Positions 52,463-60,946 are shown, numbered from the stretch's first letter. The stretch is 64,000 nt of DNA from a virus (IMGVR_UViG_3300045988_144418:37631-101630); one strand, 5' to 3'. A program made the numbers and translations. The notes: generated from the letters alone by a model not told the origin.

Positions 52463-52804
52463 ATGACGTTTTTACAAATCAACATAGGCACGAGAAAGGT
52501 GGCGTCACTGGAATGCGGCAAGGCCGTGTCTGATTCAGTCAAGGGCTTCTTCCGCATTCCAGTGACGGAATTAAGGGCGTGCGTTCTGGACGAGCGCAGC
52601 GGCTTCCTATCTCTGAGGATGCGACATGAGACGCTTAACCTCCACTCCACGGGCTGGAAATGGGAAGATCTTCTGGACGCATTCGTCGCGACCACTGAAG
52701 CCCTGATGAGCCACTATGCCGACAGACCTGACATGGAGAGCATGATAACCATAACCGAGACAGGAAACATCACAACACTTGTAAATCTATATTACGATGA
52801 ATAG
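52463..52804 (+). CDS. hypothetical protein
   Basis: 113-aa ORF. Confidence 0.45.
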   Translation: MTFLQINIGTRKVASLECGKAVSDSVKGFFRIPVTELRACVLDERSGFLSLRMRHETLNLHSTGWKWEDLLDAFVATTEALMSHYADRPDMESMITITETGNITTLVNLYYDE

Positions 52805-53708
52805 TAGAAAAGAAACACAGGCCGAGCCGTTCTTGAAGTGGGTCGGTGGAAAGGCTCGCAGGGTGAATGAGATACTTGACCTTATGCCTGAACAGATTGA
52901 TTACTACATGGAGCCGTTCCTGGGAGGTGGTGCGGTGGCACTGGAGGTTCTCCGGAGAAATCCTGATTGCAAGGCTCTGCTCTCGGATCTAAATCCACAC
53001 CTCATCGACTGTTGGCGACAGGTCAAGGAGAACCCACAGGATGTCATACGTTCCGTCCACGCACTGGATGACCGCTATCTGCGTCTAAAGTTCGCCTCTG
53101 AGCAGAAGTCGTTCTATATGGCCGTGCGTGAAAGGTGGAACATATATATGGCCGTGCTTGAGCGGTGTAACGAGAGTATGGGTGATGATGACAGCGGTGG
53201 CGAGGCTGGCAGAGCCGGAATGTTCCTGTGGCTGAATCGCAACTGTTTTCAGGGGATGTGGCGTGTGAACTCCAGGGGTGAGTTCAACGTTCCTTCAAGA
53301 CAGTCCCGCACAAGGGAGAGTCGTGTGAACTATGAGGCGATAGAACAGGCGTCCGCTCTGCTGAGAAACGCTGATATCCAGCAGGGAGGCTTTGATGAAT
53401 TCGTTATGGCTCCAGGAACGGTCGTCTTCGTGGATCCACCCTATATACGTGAAAATAACGGTCGTGGATTCACGGCATACACCAAGGACGGCTTCACCGA
53501 TGCGGATCATCTTGCACTGGCCGAGAAGCTGAGGCTAAGCGGAGCCACCTATGTGCTGACGATAGGCGGTGATGAGGACATCGTGCGTGAGATATACGGA
53601 CAGCCTGACAGCGTGTCAGAGATTCCCTGTACGTTTGCAGCCACCAACGCAGGAAGACGGACGAGAAATGAGTTTATAATTACAAACAATCTACGTAAAT
53701 TAAAATAA
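52797..53708 (+). CDS. dam: Dam-family (D12 class) N6-adenine DNA methyltransferase
   Basis: FLKWVGGK near the N-terminus and the catalytic VFVDPPYI. It contains a 30-bp in-frame tandem duplication at 53115-53174. Confidence 0.85.
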   Translation: MNSRKETQAEPFLKWVGGKARRVNEILDLMPEQIDYYMEPFLGGGAVALEVLRRNPDCKALLSDLNPHLIDCWRQVKENPQDVIRSVHALDDRYLRLKFASEQKSFYMAVRERWNIYMAVLERCNESMGDDDSGGEAGRAGMFLWLNRNCFQGMWRVNSRGEFNVPSRQSRTRESRVNYEAIEQASALLRNADIQQGGFDEFVMAPGTVVFVDPPYIRENNGRGFTAYTKDGFTDADHLALAEKLRLSGATYVLTIGGDEDIVREIYGQPDSVSEIPCTFAATNAGRRTRNEFIITNNLRKLK

Positions 53709-53720
53709 CGGAGAAGAATT

Positions 53721-54104
53721 ATGAACGATAAACTAAAAGAACTAATTCAGCCTTACTGGGTTGAGGAGCAACAGGGGGTATATATTCCATTGATTGATAA
53801 AGTGTTGCTTAAAGACAATGTTCCTGCGATGCCATATCACGATTTTATGGAATATGCAAAATCCAATGGAGTTCAAATTGCTACAAAAGACGAACTCCTA
53901 CAAATATATCTTCAGAGAGATCAAATCAATAAGATACTTAAAAAGCATAATGGAGACATTCTTGCATTTACTTGGTTTGGTTCTTCATCGAAGTCTGATT
54001 CAGATATGGAGTTGGTCGTTCATCTTGGCTCAGGCGTTAGCAACTACACATATATGGATTATTATTATGCCAGTAAGGCGGTCGTAGATTTGAAATCAAA
54101 ATAA
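53721..54104 (+). CDS. hypothetical protein (AT-rich island)
   Basis: 127-aa ORF in a visibly AT-rich stretch. Confidence 0.45.
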   Translation: MNDKLKELIQPYWVEEQQGVYIPLIDKVLLKDNVPAMPYHDFMEYAKSNGVQIATKDELLQIYLQRDQINKILKKHNGDILAFTWFGSSSKSDSDMELVVHLGSGVSNYTYMDYYYASKAVVDLKSK

Positions 54105-54110
54105 GTAAAT

Positions 54111-54563
54111 ATGGAACAGTTTAATTTAGCAAAATATCTTGAAAATCCCAATCGAAAGATTGTCACAAGAGATGGTGAAAGTGTAAGAATTATCTGTACC
54201 GATAGAAAAAGTGAAAATCGCCCAATTGTAGCACTTATTCAAGACAATCCTTACAATGAGGAGTATGTATATTATTATACAATAGATGGTAAGTTGGCTT
54301 TTAATAGAATGAAATCGATGGACTTATTTTTCGCTACAGAAAAACAAGAGTGCCCCTTTAAAAAGGGTGACAGGGTACTGGTTCGTGATTATGATAACGA
54401 AAGCTGGCGTCCTCGCATCTTCAGCAGTTACGACAGTTACGACAAAGAATGTAAGTATAAGTATGAGTGCGAGGGTGATGATGATAAATATATACAGTGT
54501 ATCCCTTATAACGAACACACATGGAAATTATTAGACACGACTGATGAATACAAGGAGGAATAA
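54111..54563 (+). CDS. hypothetical protein (AT-rich island)
   Basis: 150-aa ORF. Confidence 0.45.
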   Translation: MEQFNLAKYLENPNRKIVTRDGESVRIICTDRKSENRPIVALIQDNPYNEEYVYYYTIDGKLAFNRMKSMDLFFATEKQECPFKKGDRVLVRDYDNESWRPRIFSSYDSYDKECKYKYECEGDDDKYIQCIPYNEHTWKLLDTTDEYKEE

Positions 54564-54725
54564 TATGAAGCAGCATTCCAAAAAGAGAATTTGTATTATT
54601 GGCAGAAGCAAATTGTTGTGGAATTTGTAGGGTGTAGGGGAGATGGGAAGTACATATTTAACACCAAGATCAAGTGCAAACTCAAATATCTGAAGACCAA
54701 TAGAATTGAAATAATCATAATCATT

Positions 54726-54944
54726 ATGGCAACAATAATAGATAAGGCGAGAGAATATTCTCCTGACAATAATGAAAGTAAGGATGCGTTCCTGAACGGT
54801 GCTCTGTGGATGCTTGAAAAAGCAATAGACTGGTTGCAGGGGCATGTAAACGACTACCTCTTTGATGATGGCACTCCTGAAAGACCGTGGTTAAAGTGTA
54901 AATCAGAGATGTTCGTTGATTTCAAGAAAGCAATGGAGAAATAA
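54726..54944 (+). CDS. hypothetical small protein (AT-rich island)
   Basis: The track ORF 54591..54944 has a non-ATG start; first ATG is at 54726 (MATIIDKAREY). Confidence 0.4.
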   Translation: MATIIDKAREYSPDNNESKDAFLNGALWMLEKAIDWLQGHVNDYLFDDGTPERPWLKCKSEMFVDFKKAMEK

Positions 54945-54954
54945 TTATATATTT

Positions 54955-55029
54955 AAGGCAATCGGGTGGGAGGGGCACTTTACGAGTAGAGAGTATCTAA
55001 AATCGGATTTGCACATTCCCGATTGCCTT
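54955..55029. repeat. 12-bp inverted repeat pair with about 51-nt spacer at the edge of the AT-rich island
   Basis: aaggcaatcggg (54955-54966) and cccgattgcctt (55018-55029). Confidence 0.6.
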
Positions 55030-55064
55030 TCATTAGTGATACAGTTATTATAAATTCTAAATTT

Positions 55065-55451
55065 ATGAGCAAGCGAACGAATGAAGCTGAGGGTCTGCTG
55101 AATAGGCTTATGGAGATGCACGACGGATGGGTAGCCTACGGATGTGAGCCTGGAGACATCATGAAACTGACAGCCGCCATGATGGCCGTGCTGACACAAA
55201 AGGCATTTCCACGGAATCCTACCCAGAGTGATCTTATGGAGTTCCCAACTCGTCTGCTGAACTGCAATATGGTGTGGGAGAAGTTCGTGTCCGGACACAG
55301 GGACGCACTCTTCTACACAGCTGACATGTTCCGAAAATGGGTCTGGGGGCTGTATCGTGGCCACACGAAAACGAGGGCTGGTCTATGGAAGATACTCGGG
55401 TGGGAGACGTTCAACACCGATGATGAGGAGGTGAACAATGAAAAAGAATAA
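55065..55451 (+). CDS. hypothetical protein
   Basis: The track start at 55023 is a TTG inside an inverted-repeat arm; first ATG is at 55065 (MSKRTNEAEG). Confidence 0.45.
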   Translation: MSKRTNEAEGLLNRLMEMHDGWVAYGCEPGDIMKLTAAMMAVLTQKAFPRNPTQSDLMEFPTRLLNCNMVWEKFVSGHRDALFYTADMFRKWVWGLYRGHTKTRAGLWKILGWETFNTDDEEVNNEKE

Positions 55452-55791
55452 GGGACACGTCAACGGTGACATTCGCAAGGTCGTCGATGACGTGCTGATG
55501 AAAGGCTCCGAACGCTGCCCCTATGCCGGACTTGCAGGAAGCCTGTTCGGTATGACACCTGACGACTATCGTCTGGATGGATGGACAGAGTGTGCATCGT
55601 TTACGACCAAAGCCACGCTTACGCACATGAAGAGCACCATCGAGGAGAATATGAAGAAATGCAACGTGGAAGACGTGATAGGCGTGTCCTATGGGTCTGG
55701 ATATCGTCAGGGTGTGCGGGACGTGCTGGACTTGCTTGATGAGATGATTAAACAACTAAATGAAGAAGACAATGCTAAACGGATGGATTAG
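55438..55791 (+). CDS. hypothetical protein
   Basis: 117-aa ORF. Confidence 0.45.
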   Translation: MKKNKGHVNGDIRKVVDDVLMKGSERCPYAGLAGSLFGMTPDDYRLDGWTECASFTTKATLTHMKSTIEENMKKCNVEDVIGVSYGSGYRQGVRDVLDLLDEMIKQLNEEDNAKRMD

Positions 55792-56194
55792 ATGGTTCAG
55801 CATTCTGATGGGAGTGATGAATCTGGCGTGCTGCATCTATAATGGGTGCACAGACAAATGGGAGGTGGCGTGCTGTGAATTCACGACCTCTATGGTGTTC
55901 CTTACGCTTGCCCTGCATGACTGGGCGGTGAAGCGAATACTTTCAGTCACACGTCGAAGATGGTTCCGCAACGGATGGATACAGTGTCAAAGCACAATGG
56001 ATGAGAAGCTTTTGAATCGATACAGACTACTTCTACAGTGGAAGCAGTCCACGTCAAATCCACGTGTGAACGAGGTGAATCATATTCGATGCCACACAGT
56101 TTATAGCCTAAGGGATTCCCTCAGAAATAGAATGATAAATGACAATTTTGAGCACTACGACTATGAAAGCAAGAATAGCACTGAAGATTGTTAG
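55760..56194 (+). CDS. hypothetical protein, probably membrane-associated
   Basis: Hydrophobic N-terminal half (WFSILMGVMNLACCIY ... TTSMVFLTLAL). Start uncertain. Confidence 0.4.
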   Translation: MKKTMLNGWIRWFSILMGVMNLACCIYNGCTDKWEVACCEFTTSMVFLTLALHDWAVKRILSVTRRRWFRNGWIQCQSTMDEKLLNRYRLLLQWKQSTSNPRVNEVNHIRCHTVYSLRDSLRNRMINDNFEHYDYESKNSTEDC

Positions 56195-56396
56195 GCGTAT
56201 TCAAGAGAGACCTGAACTCTTCCGCTCCTATAATAGAAGAACAGTAGAGCGTGCCGTAAACACGGTGTATTGTAGAAATCGACTTGCATCATGGATGAAG
56301 TCTCACGTGAGACTTCGCCTTGATGACAGAACGGTAGTTATGATGCCGGACGGGACATTCAGTTTTATTCTAAACGAGCAATTTGACAAATTATGA
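56139..56396 (+). CDS. hypothetical small protein
   Basis: 85-aa ORF. An alternative ATG lies at 56163. Confidence 0.4.
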   Translation: MTILSTTTMKARIALKIVRRIQERPELFRSYNRRTVERAVNTVYCRNRLASWMKSHVRLRLDDRTVVMMPDGTFSFILNEQFDKL

Positions 56397-56623
56397 ATGC
56401 ACGACAGACACGACGAGCCAGACGGCTCATAGCCCGAAAGGGGTACTGGAAAGCACGATGGCTTCAAATGAGGATGAATCTAAGGGATCTTCAACTGGAC
56501 TATACCACCTACACGAATGAAATAGACGGTGACGCCAATATGGATCCTGGATTATTTCAGTGGTACAGAGACAGATATGTAAGAATATCCAAGAAAATAG
56601 CATACTACGAGAGAAAAATGTAA
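56393..56623 (+). CDS. hypothetical small basic protein
   Basis: 76 aa, with a 4-nt overlap with the upstream gene. Confidence 0.4.
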   Translation: MNARQTRRARRLIARKGYWKARWLQMRMNLRDLQLDYTTYTNEIDGDANMDPGLFQWYRDRYVRISKKIAYYERKM

Positions 56624-56706
56624 CGAAAAAGCGTTATATATATGAATGAGTTTAGTCATAGCTAAAATGACAAATCAATTGTCTTAGGTGAATTAATGAT
56701 TATCAG

Positions 56707-56740
56707 AAACAGGGTCGCAGGGATGCGCTCCTGTTTTTCT
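56707..56740 (+). terminator. rho-independent terminator
   Basis: aaacagg...cctgttt running into tttttcttt. Confidence 0.65.
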
Positions 56741-56797
56741 TTAGCGGAATCACGAATTCTATATTATGAAATTTCAGAATAATTCTTAGAATTTATC

Positions 56798-56828
56798 TTG
56801 GATATTTCAAGAATTCACCCCAACTTTG
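56798..56828 (+). promoter_or_regulatory. conserved phage promoter, copy 10
   Basis: TTGGATATTTCAAGAATTCACCC-CAACTTTG, with the leader gtaatcattaaaaca. Confidence 0.6.
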
Positions 56829-56856
56829 CCGTGTAATCATTAAAACATCACGTCTT

Positions 56857-57213
56857 ATGGCAAACAGATCAAAGCAAAGCCCGAAGGGCATTTTATTCAT
56901 CAAGTGGCATCACAAAAATTCCACTTGCATCTGTTACGGCACACTCGCAGGTCTTGTCAGTGAGGTGTTCAACTATACGCTTGAATGCGGTCATTCCTGG
57001 GATCCTTCCATTTCTATGGAACCAAAGAGCCTCAAGTCGCTCGTAAGAGCCCTAAACAACTCCTATGACGTTCTTAACAGGTACTCTACTTATGTGGAGG
57101 AAAGCAACTTTCAGGAGTTCCTTCAGGCTTATGGCAGTGACTTTGATAGAGGAATTCTTACCGCAAAGGCGGCTATTGACCCTATGTTTCACGATAGAAT
57201 TGAAGTAAGATAA
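56857..57213 (+). CDS. hypothetical protein
   Basis: 118 aa, directly after a promoter plus leader motif. Confidence 0.5.
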   Translation: MANRSKQSPKGILFIKWHHKNSTCICYGTLAGLVSEVFNYTLECGHSWDPSISMEPKSLKSLVRALNNSYDVLNRYSTYVEESNFQEFLQAYGSDFDRGILTAKAAIDPMFHDRIEVR

Positions 57214-57227
57214 GGAGGGGGTACATC

Positions 57228-57587
57228 ATGAACAACACGATAAACATTTTCGAAATCAACATCAGTATCCCTATATGGACTATTGAACAACAGACAGGCT
57301 ACAAGCCTGAGACAACGTTCTGGCAGGACTTTTCCATCGCTGAAAAGGTGGGTGGTCTAAAGAGCATCCAGGAAACGTTTGACAGGGTATTTAAGGAATG
57401 GTCAGACAAGTACAGGTATCTCACGGAGCTTGTTCTTGTGCTCAACTGGAAGTGTTGGGATTGGTATGATCAGGGCGATGATGATCTGTCAATGCTGTAT
57501 CAGAATCTCTTTTATCAGGCAAGAGAATACGCACTGGACAACCTTAAGGACGAGGAACTTTCCTATTTCGTGGAAACTACGGATTAA
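57228..57587 (+). CDS. hypothetical acidic protein
   Basis: 119 aa, preceded by an SD-like aaggaggggg. Confidence 0.5.
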   Translation: MNNTINIFEINISIPIWTIEQQTGYKPETTFWQDFSIAEKVGGLKSIQETFDRVFKEWSDKYRYLTELVLVLNWKCWDWYDQGDDDLSMLYQNLFYQAREYALDNLKDEELSYFVETTD

Positions 57588-57590
57588 TCC

Positions 57591-57620
57591 TTGGATATTT
57601 CAAAAATATGACTACCTTTG
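57591..57620 (+). promoter_or_regulatory. conserved phage promoter, copy 11
   Basis: ggattaatccTTGGATATTTCAAAAATATGAC-TACCTTTG, with the leader ttaatcattaaatca. Confidence 0.65.
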
Positions 57621-57649
57621 TGGCAGTTAATCATTAAATCATCTACATT

Positions 57650-59143
57650 ATGGGATTCACACCGAGCAAGTATCAGCAGCGCATCTACGATTTCATCGAA
57701 AGGGGATCAGGCAATGCGGTCATCAACGCAGTCGCGGGAAGCGGCAAGACAACGACTCTAATCAGTCTTCTGGAGCGTGTTCCGTCCACAAGCAGGGTTC
57801 TCTTCCTTGCGTTCAACAAGTCCATCGTGGAGGAGCTTAAGATAAAGACCTCACGATTCAGTAACGTGGATGTCAAAACTCTGCACTCACTCGGGTGCTC
57901 GGCTCTTCGCAAGCAGATATCCACCATCGGTGACATCAACAGCAGCAAGTATCGTCAGTACGTCACGGAGCAGCTGAAGTCCGGTGCATACGCACCTACA
58001 AGGGAGCTGTCACTGGAGGAGAAGTCCGAGTATAAGTCCAACATTATCAACCTCATTGACCTTGCACGTGTCAATCTGTGTCAGTCCACACAGGACATCA
58101 TCAGTGTGGCTCACAAGCACGGCATCTTCCTGTACGATAACGAGGTTCAGCTCGTCACGAATGCAATCGTCTGGGGTCGCAGCGAAAGCGGTCTATCCAC
58201 CATTGACTTCACGGACATGATTTACCTCCCGTGTTATCTCAAGGACATCAGGTTCTTCAGATACGACCTTGTCCTTATAGATGAGTGCCAGGACTTGAAT
58301 GCGGCACAGAGAACCCTGTTCCTGAAGACCATCAAGCGCAACGGACGCTTCGTGGCGGTGGGCGACCCACGTCAGGCTATCTACGGCTTTGCAGGTGCGG
58401 ACGTGGAGTCCTTCACGCTTCTCACCAAGCTCCCTAACACGGTGGAGCTTCCACTTTCAGTATGCTATCGCTGTGACATGGACATCATCAAGAGGGCACA
58501 GACTGAGGTTCCCCAGATTGAATGGAGAGAGGGTGCTGGTGCTGGCATTGTAAATGATTCTGCAAAGGTCGCTGACATCCAGGACGGTGACATGGTTCTG
58601 TGCCGTCTTTCAGCCCCTCTGGTGGCACTCTGCATCAAGTACATCGGAGAGGGTGTCAAGGCCTACATCAAGGGTCGTGACATCGGTGTTAATCTCATCA
58701 ATATGCTCAAGAAGACCAACAAGGTTCGCATCAGGGACGCACTCAAGATAATGGACAAGGAGCTTGCACGTGTTCAGGCTGAAATCGTAAAGACCACTGG
58801 GTTGACTGTTGACGAAGCTGTCCAGCACACGTCCTACATCCTCTATGCTGACAAGATTAAGGCTATTGAGGTCATCAGTGAGGGTCTCACCAAGGTTGAG
58901 GAGGTCTGTGATCGCATCAACGCCATCTTCAGTGACGAGAGCAAGCAGGGCATCTGCCTGTCCACCGTTCACAAGTCCAAGGGTCTGGAGGCTGACAGGG
59001 TGTTCATTCTGTGTCCGGACAAGTTCCTTCTGAAAAGAGCTATGCAGATAGACTGGATGGCCGAGCAGGAGCACAATCTCATCTACGTGGCCTACACAAG
59101 AGCAAAGCACTATCTCGGCTTCGTAACGGACTTCAAGATATAG
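57650..59143 (+). CDS. UvrD/PcrA-like superfamily-1 helicase (copy 2)
   Basis: Walker A INAVAGSGKTT, VLIDECQD, VGDPRQAIYGFAG, TVHKSKGLEADRVF, VAYTRAK. It is a paralogue of 36296..37750. Confidence 0.8.
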   Translation: MGFTPSKYQQRIYDFIERGSGNAVINAVAGSGKTTTLISLLERVPSTSRVLFLAFNKSIVEELKIKTSRFSNVDVKTLHSLGCSALRKQISTIGDINSSKYRQYVTEQLKSGAYAPTRELSLEEKSEYKSNIINLIDLARVNLCQSTQDIISVAHKHGIFLYDNEVQLVTNAIVWGRSESGLSTIDFTDMIYLPCYLKDIRFFRYDLVLIDECQDLNAAQRTLFLKTIKRNGRFVAVGDPRQAIYGFAGADVESFTLLTKLPNTVELPLSVCYRCDMDIIKRAQTEVPQIEWREGAGAGIVNDSAKVADIQDGDMVLCRLSAPLVALCIKYIGEGVKAYIKGRDIGVNLINMLKKTNKVRIRDALKIMDKELARVQAEIVKTTGLTVDEAVQHTSYILYADKIKAIEVISEGLTKVEEVCDRINAIFSDESKQGICLSTVHKSKGLEADRVFILCPDKFLLKRAMQIDWMAEQEHNLIYVAYTRAKHYLGFVTDFKI

Positions 59144-59159
59144 TTTCCTGGATTGCTCC

Positions 59160-59189
59160 TTGGATATCCAAGGAGCAGCCTTATATTTA
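59160..59189 (+). promoter_or_regulatory. conserved phage promoter, copy 12
   Basis: The upstream element here is a perfect palindrome, CCTTGGATATCCAAGG (59158-59173). The -7 variant is TATATTTA. Confidence 0.55.
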
Positions 59190-59212
59190 CACACGAATTA
59201 AACACATACGAT

Positions 59213-59683
59213 ATGACAAAGGAGCTTACAATCACCCTTGACGGATGGGCAAGGAACTACAGCGTGACCGAAATAACGGCCAATGAGGACGGAACGGTAA
59301 CGCTTCGATGCACACCTCAGGAACAAGAGGCGGAAGTCGCCCAGAGGGCGGAAAACTCGGGAGCCGTGACACGACCACGCATCCGCTCCTATATGCACTG
59401 TTCAGGTCTTGTCCGTCTGCTTGTGAACGGCAGAATGGTCACAGCGGCTGTCACGCACTGCACGGACAGAGCTGTGCGTGTATTAAATCTGGATCTCGGT
59501 GTGGCCTGGATGCCGAAGAATGTGCTTCGGTGGTCAGAGGTCGCTGGAATGCTCTGTGTGGTGGACGCAGACTACTGGCCGGACTTCACCACGAAAATCA
59601 GTGATTCCATGGCGGAGTATCCTGTCCTGTTTAATGCAGAGGAGCTCTATGATAGAGAATTCTGTCAAAATACCTACCTTTAA
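59213..59683 (+). CDS. hypothetical protein
   Basis: The track start at 59153 lies inside the promoter palindrome; first ATG is at 59213 (MTKELTITL). Confidence 0.45.
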   Translation: MTKELTITLDGWARNYSVTEITANEDGTVTLRCTPQEQEAEVAQRAENSGAVTRPRIRSYMHCSGLVRLLVNGRMVTAAVTHCTDRAVRVLNLDLGVAWMPKNVLRWSEVAGMLCVVDADYWPDFTTKISDSMAEYPVLFNAEELYDREFCQNTYL

Positions 59684-59709
59684 TCCCACTTTGGAAACCA
59701 CATATAATT

Positions 59710-59871
59710 ATGAAAATGGAAGAAATAGTGGATGGAACACTTCTGTGGCTTGGTAGCCTGAATATCGTCAGCAGAATGATGGCCGTGGTCGCCATAATGC
59801 TTGGAGCGGTCATTGTGGGGGCACTTCTGGCCTTTGCTATGGTGGGAATTCTATGCCTGATAGCCAATTAG
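59710..59871 (+). CDS. small hydrophobic protein, holin candidate (53 aa, below the track's length cutoff)
   Basis: My own translation: MKMEEIVDGTLLWLGSLNIVSRMMAVVAIMLGAVIVGALLAFAMVGILCLIAN*. It has two hydrophobic stretches and lies immediately upstream of the endolysin. Confidence 0.45.
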   Translation: MKMEEIVDGTLLWLGSLNIVSRMMAVVAIMLGAVIVGALLAFAMVGILCLIAN

Positions 59872-59887
59872 TTAAACTAAAATAGAA

Positions 59888-60403
59888 ATGATTATGAAAG
59901 AAAGAACACTATGGCCTGTCGTGCTTGGAATAGTGACACTTGTGGGCATCACGATAGGCGTGTCACGATGCACACACAAAAATGATGAACTAACGGAGGA
60001 TCATGAAAGGGAACGCCATTTTAATGACAGCGTGCAGAACACAGAAATCATGGAGTCCGTCTATGACAGAATCTTCCAGCTTCGTCTGGATCATCCTGAC
60101 ATCGTTATGGCTCAGTGCATACTGGAGAGCGGTGAATTCACCTCCGACCTGTTCAGAGAGGGCAACAACTGTCTCGGAATGAAAGTTTCAGGGCAGCGAC
60201 CGACGTTTGCAGTAGGTGTGTGCAGAGGGCACGCCAGATTTAAATCATGGCATGACTGCATCGCCGACTATGCTCTGTGGCAGAGCGCCTATGGAAGAGG
60301 TCTGTTAGATGACGCCTATCTCGCCTTGCTGGACAGAATATACGCTGAGGACGGCTCCTACACGGCCAAGCTAAAATCAATCATTCGTAAATATAATCTT
60401 TAG
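59888..60403 (+). CDS. endolysin, glucosaminidase (mannosyl-glycoprotein endo-beta-N-acetylglucosaminidase-like) domain with N-terminal signal anchor
   Basis: AQCILESGEFTSDLFREGNNCLGMK matches the glucosaminidase motif (..lESg.g.S.la...nN.fGiK). N-terminal TM: LWPVVLGIVTLVGITIGV. An alternative ATG lies at 59894. Confidence 0.7.
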   Translation: MIMKERTLWPVVLGIVTLVGITIGVSRCTHKNDELTEDHERERHFNDSVQNTEIMESVYDRIFQLRLDHPDIVMAQCILESGEFTSDLFREGNNCLGMKVSGQRPTFAVGVCRGHARFKSWHDCIADYALWQSAYGRGLLDDAYLALLDRIYAEDGSYTAKLKSIIRKYNL

Positions 60404-60408
60404 TGCCT

Positions 60409-60564
60409 ATGTGGAGAGTGGTGAAGTCAAGAATGGACAAGAATGAGGAATTCTTTCAGCGGATGGAGGATCAGGGGTGGAAGCTGAAGTCAGCCCTCTA
60501 CTCGTGTATGGACGGAATGTATCACTACATATTCAGGAAAAGGGATGATGAGCAACAAAGGTAG
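60409..60564 (+). CDS. hypothetical small protein (51 aa, below the track's length cutoff)
   Basis: My own translation: MWRVVKSRMDKNEEFFQRMEDQGWKLKSALYSCMDGMYHYIFRKRDDEQQR*. It fills the gap after the endolysin. Confidence 0.3.
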   Translation: MWRVVKSRMDKNEEFFQRMEDQGWKLKSALYSCMDGMYHYIFRKRDDEQQR

Positions 60565-60937
60565 AGCGGAACGATTTTATCCGCACTGTCTCGTGGTTCC
60601 GGACAACGTCACACTCGTCCTGTATTACATTACACGTGTTGTCGGGAAGCCCGTGTTCGTCGGGACGCAACTCTCCATCTTTCGCACTCCTCTGTGGTGG
60701 CGGTGGATCAAGGAGAACAATCTTCCTCCATCAATAGCGAATCTTATGGACGGCACACTGGAGGAAAACTATGGATTGAAGATAGAGAACGCTGACGTAG
60801 AGACGACTAACATAAATCTTGCTGATGACAGCGCTCTTATCTGTGAACGGTGGCTGGAGGGGTGGCGCAAGCAGTGCACACATCGCTCATACAGGCAGCA
60901 CGACAGCACCGAATTTAGGTCTCTACTTGCAAATTAG
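60545..60937 (+). CDS. hypothetical protein
   Basis: 130-aa ORF. Confidence 0.45.
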   Translation: MMSNKGRAERFYPHCLVVPDNVTLVLYYITRVVGKPVFVGTQLSIFRTPLWWRWIKENNLPPSIANLMDGTLEENYGLKIENADVETTNINLADDSALICERWLEGWRKQCTHRSYRQHDSTEFRSLLAN

Positions 60938-60946
60938 ACGGACATG

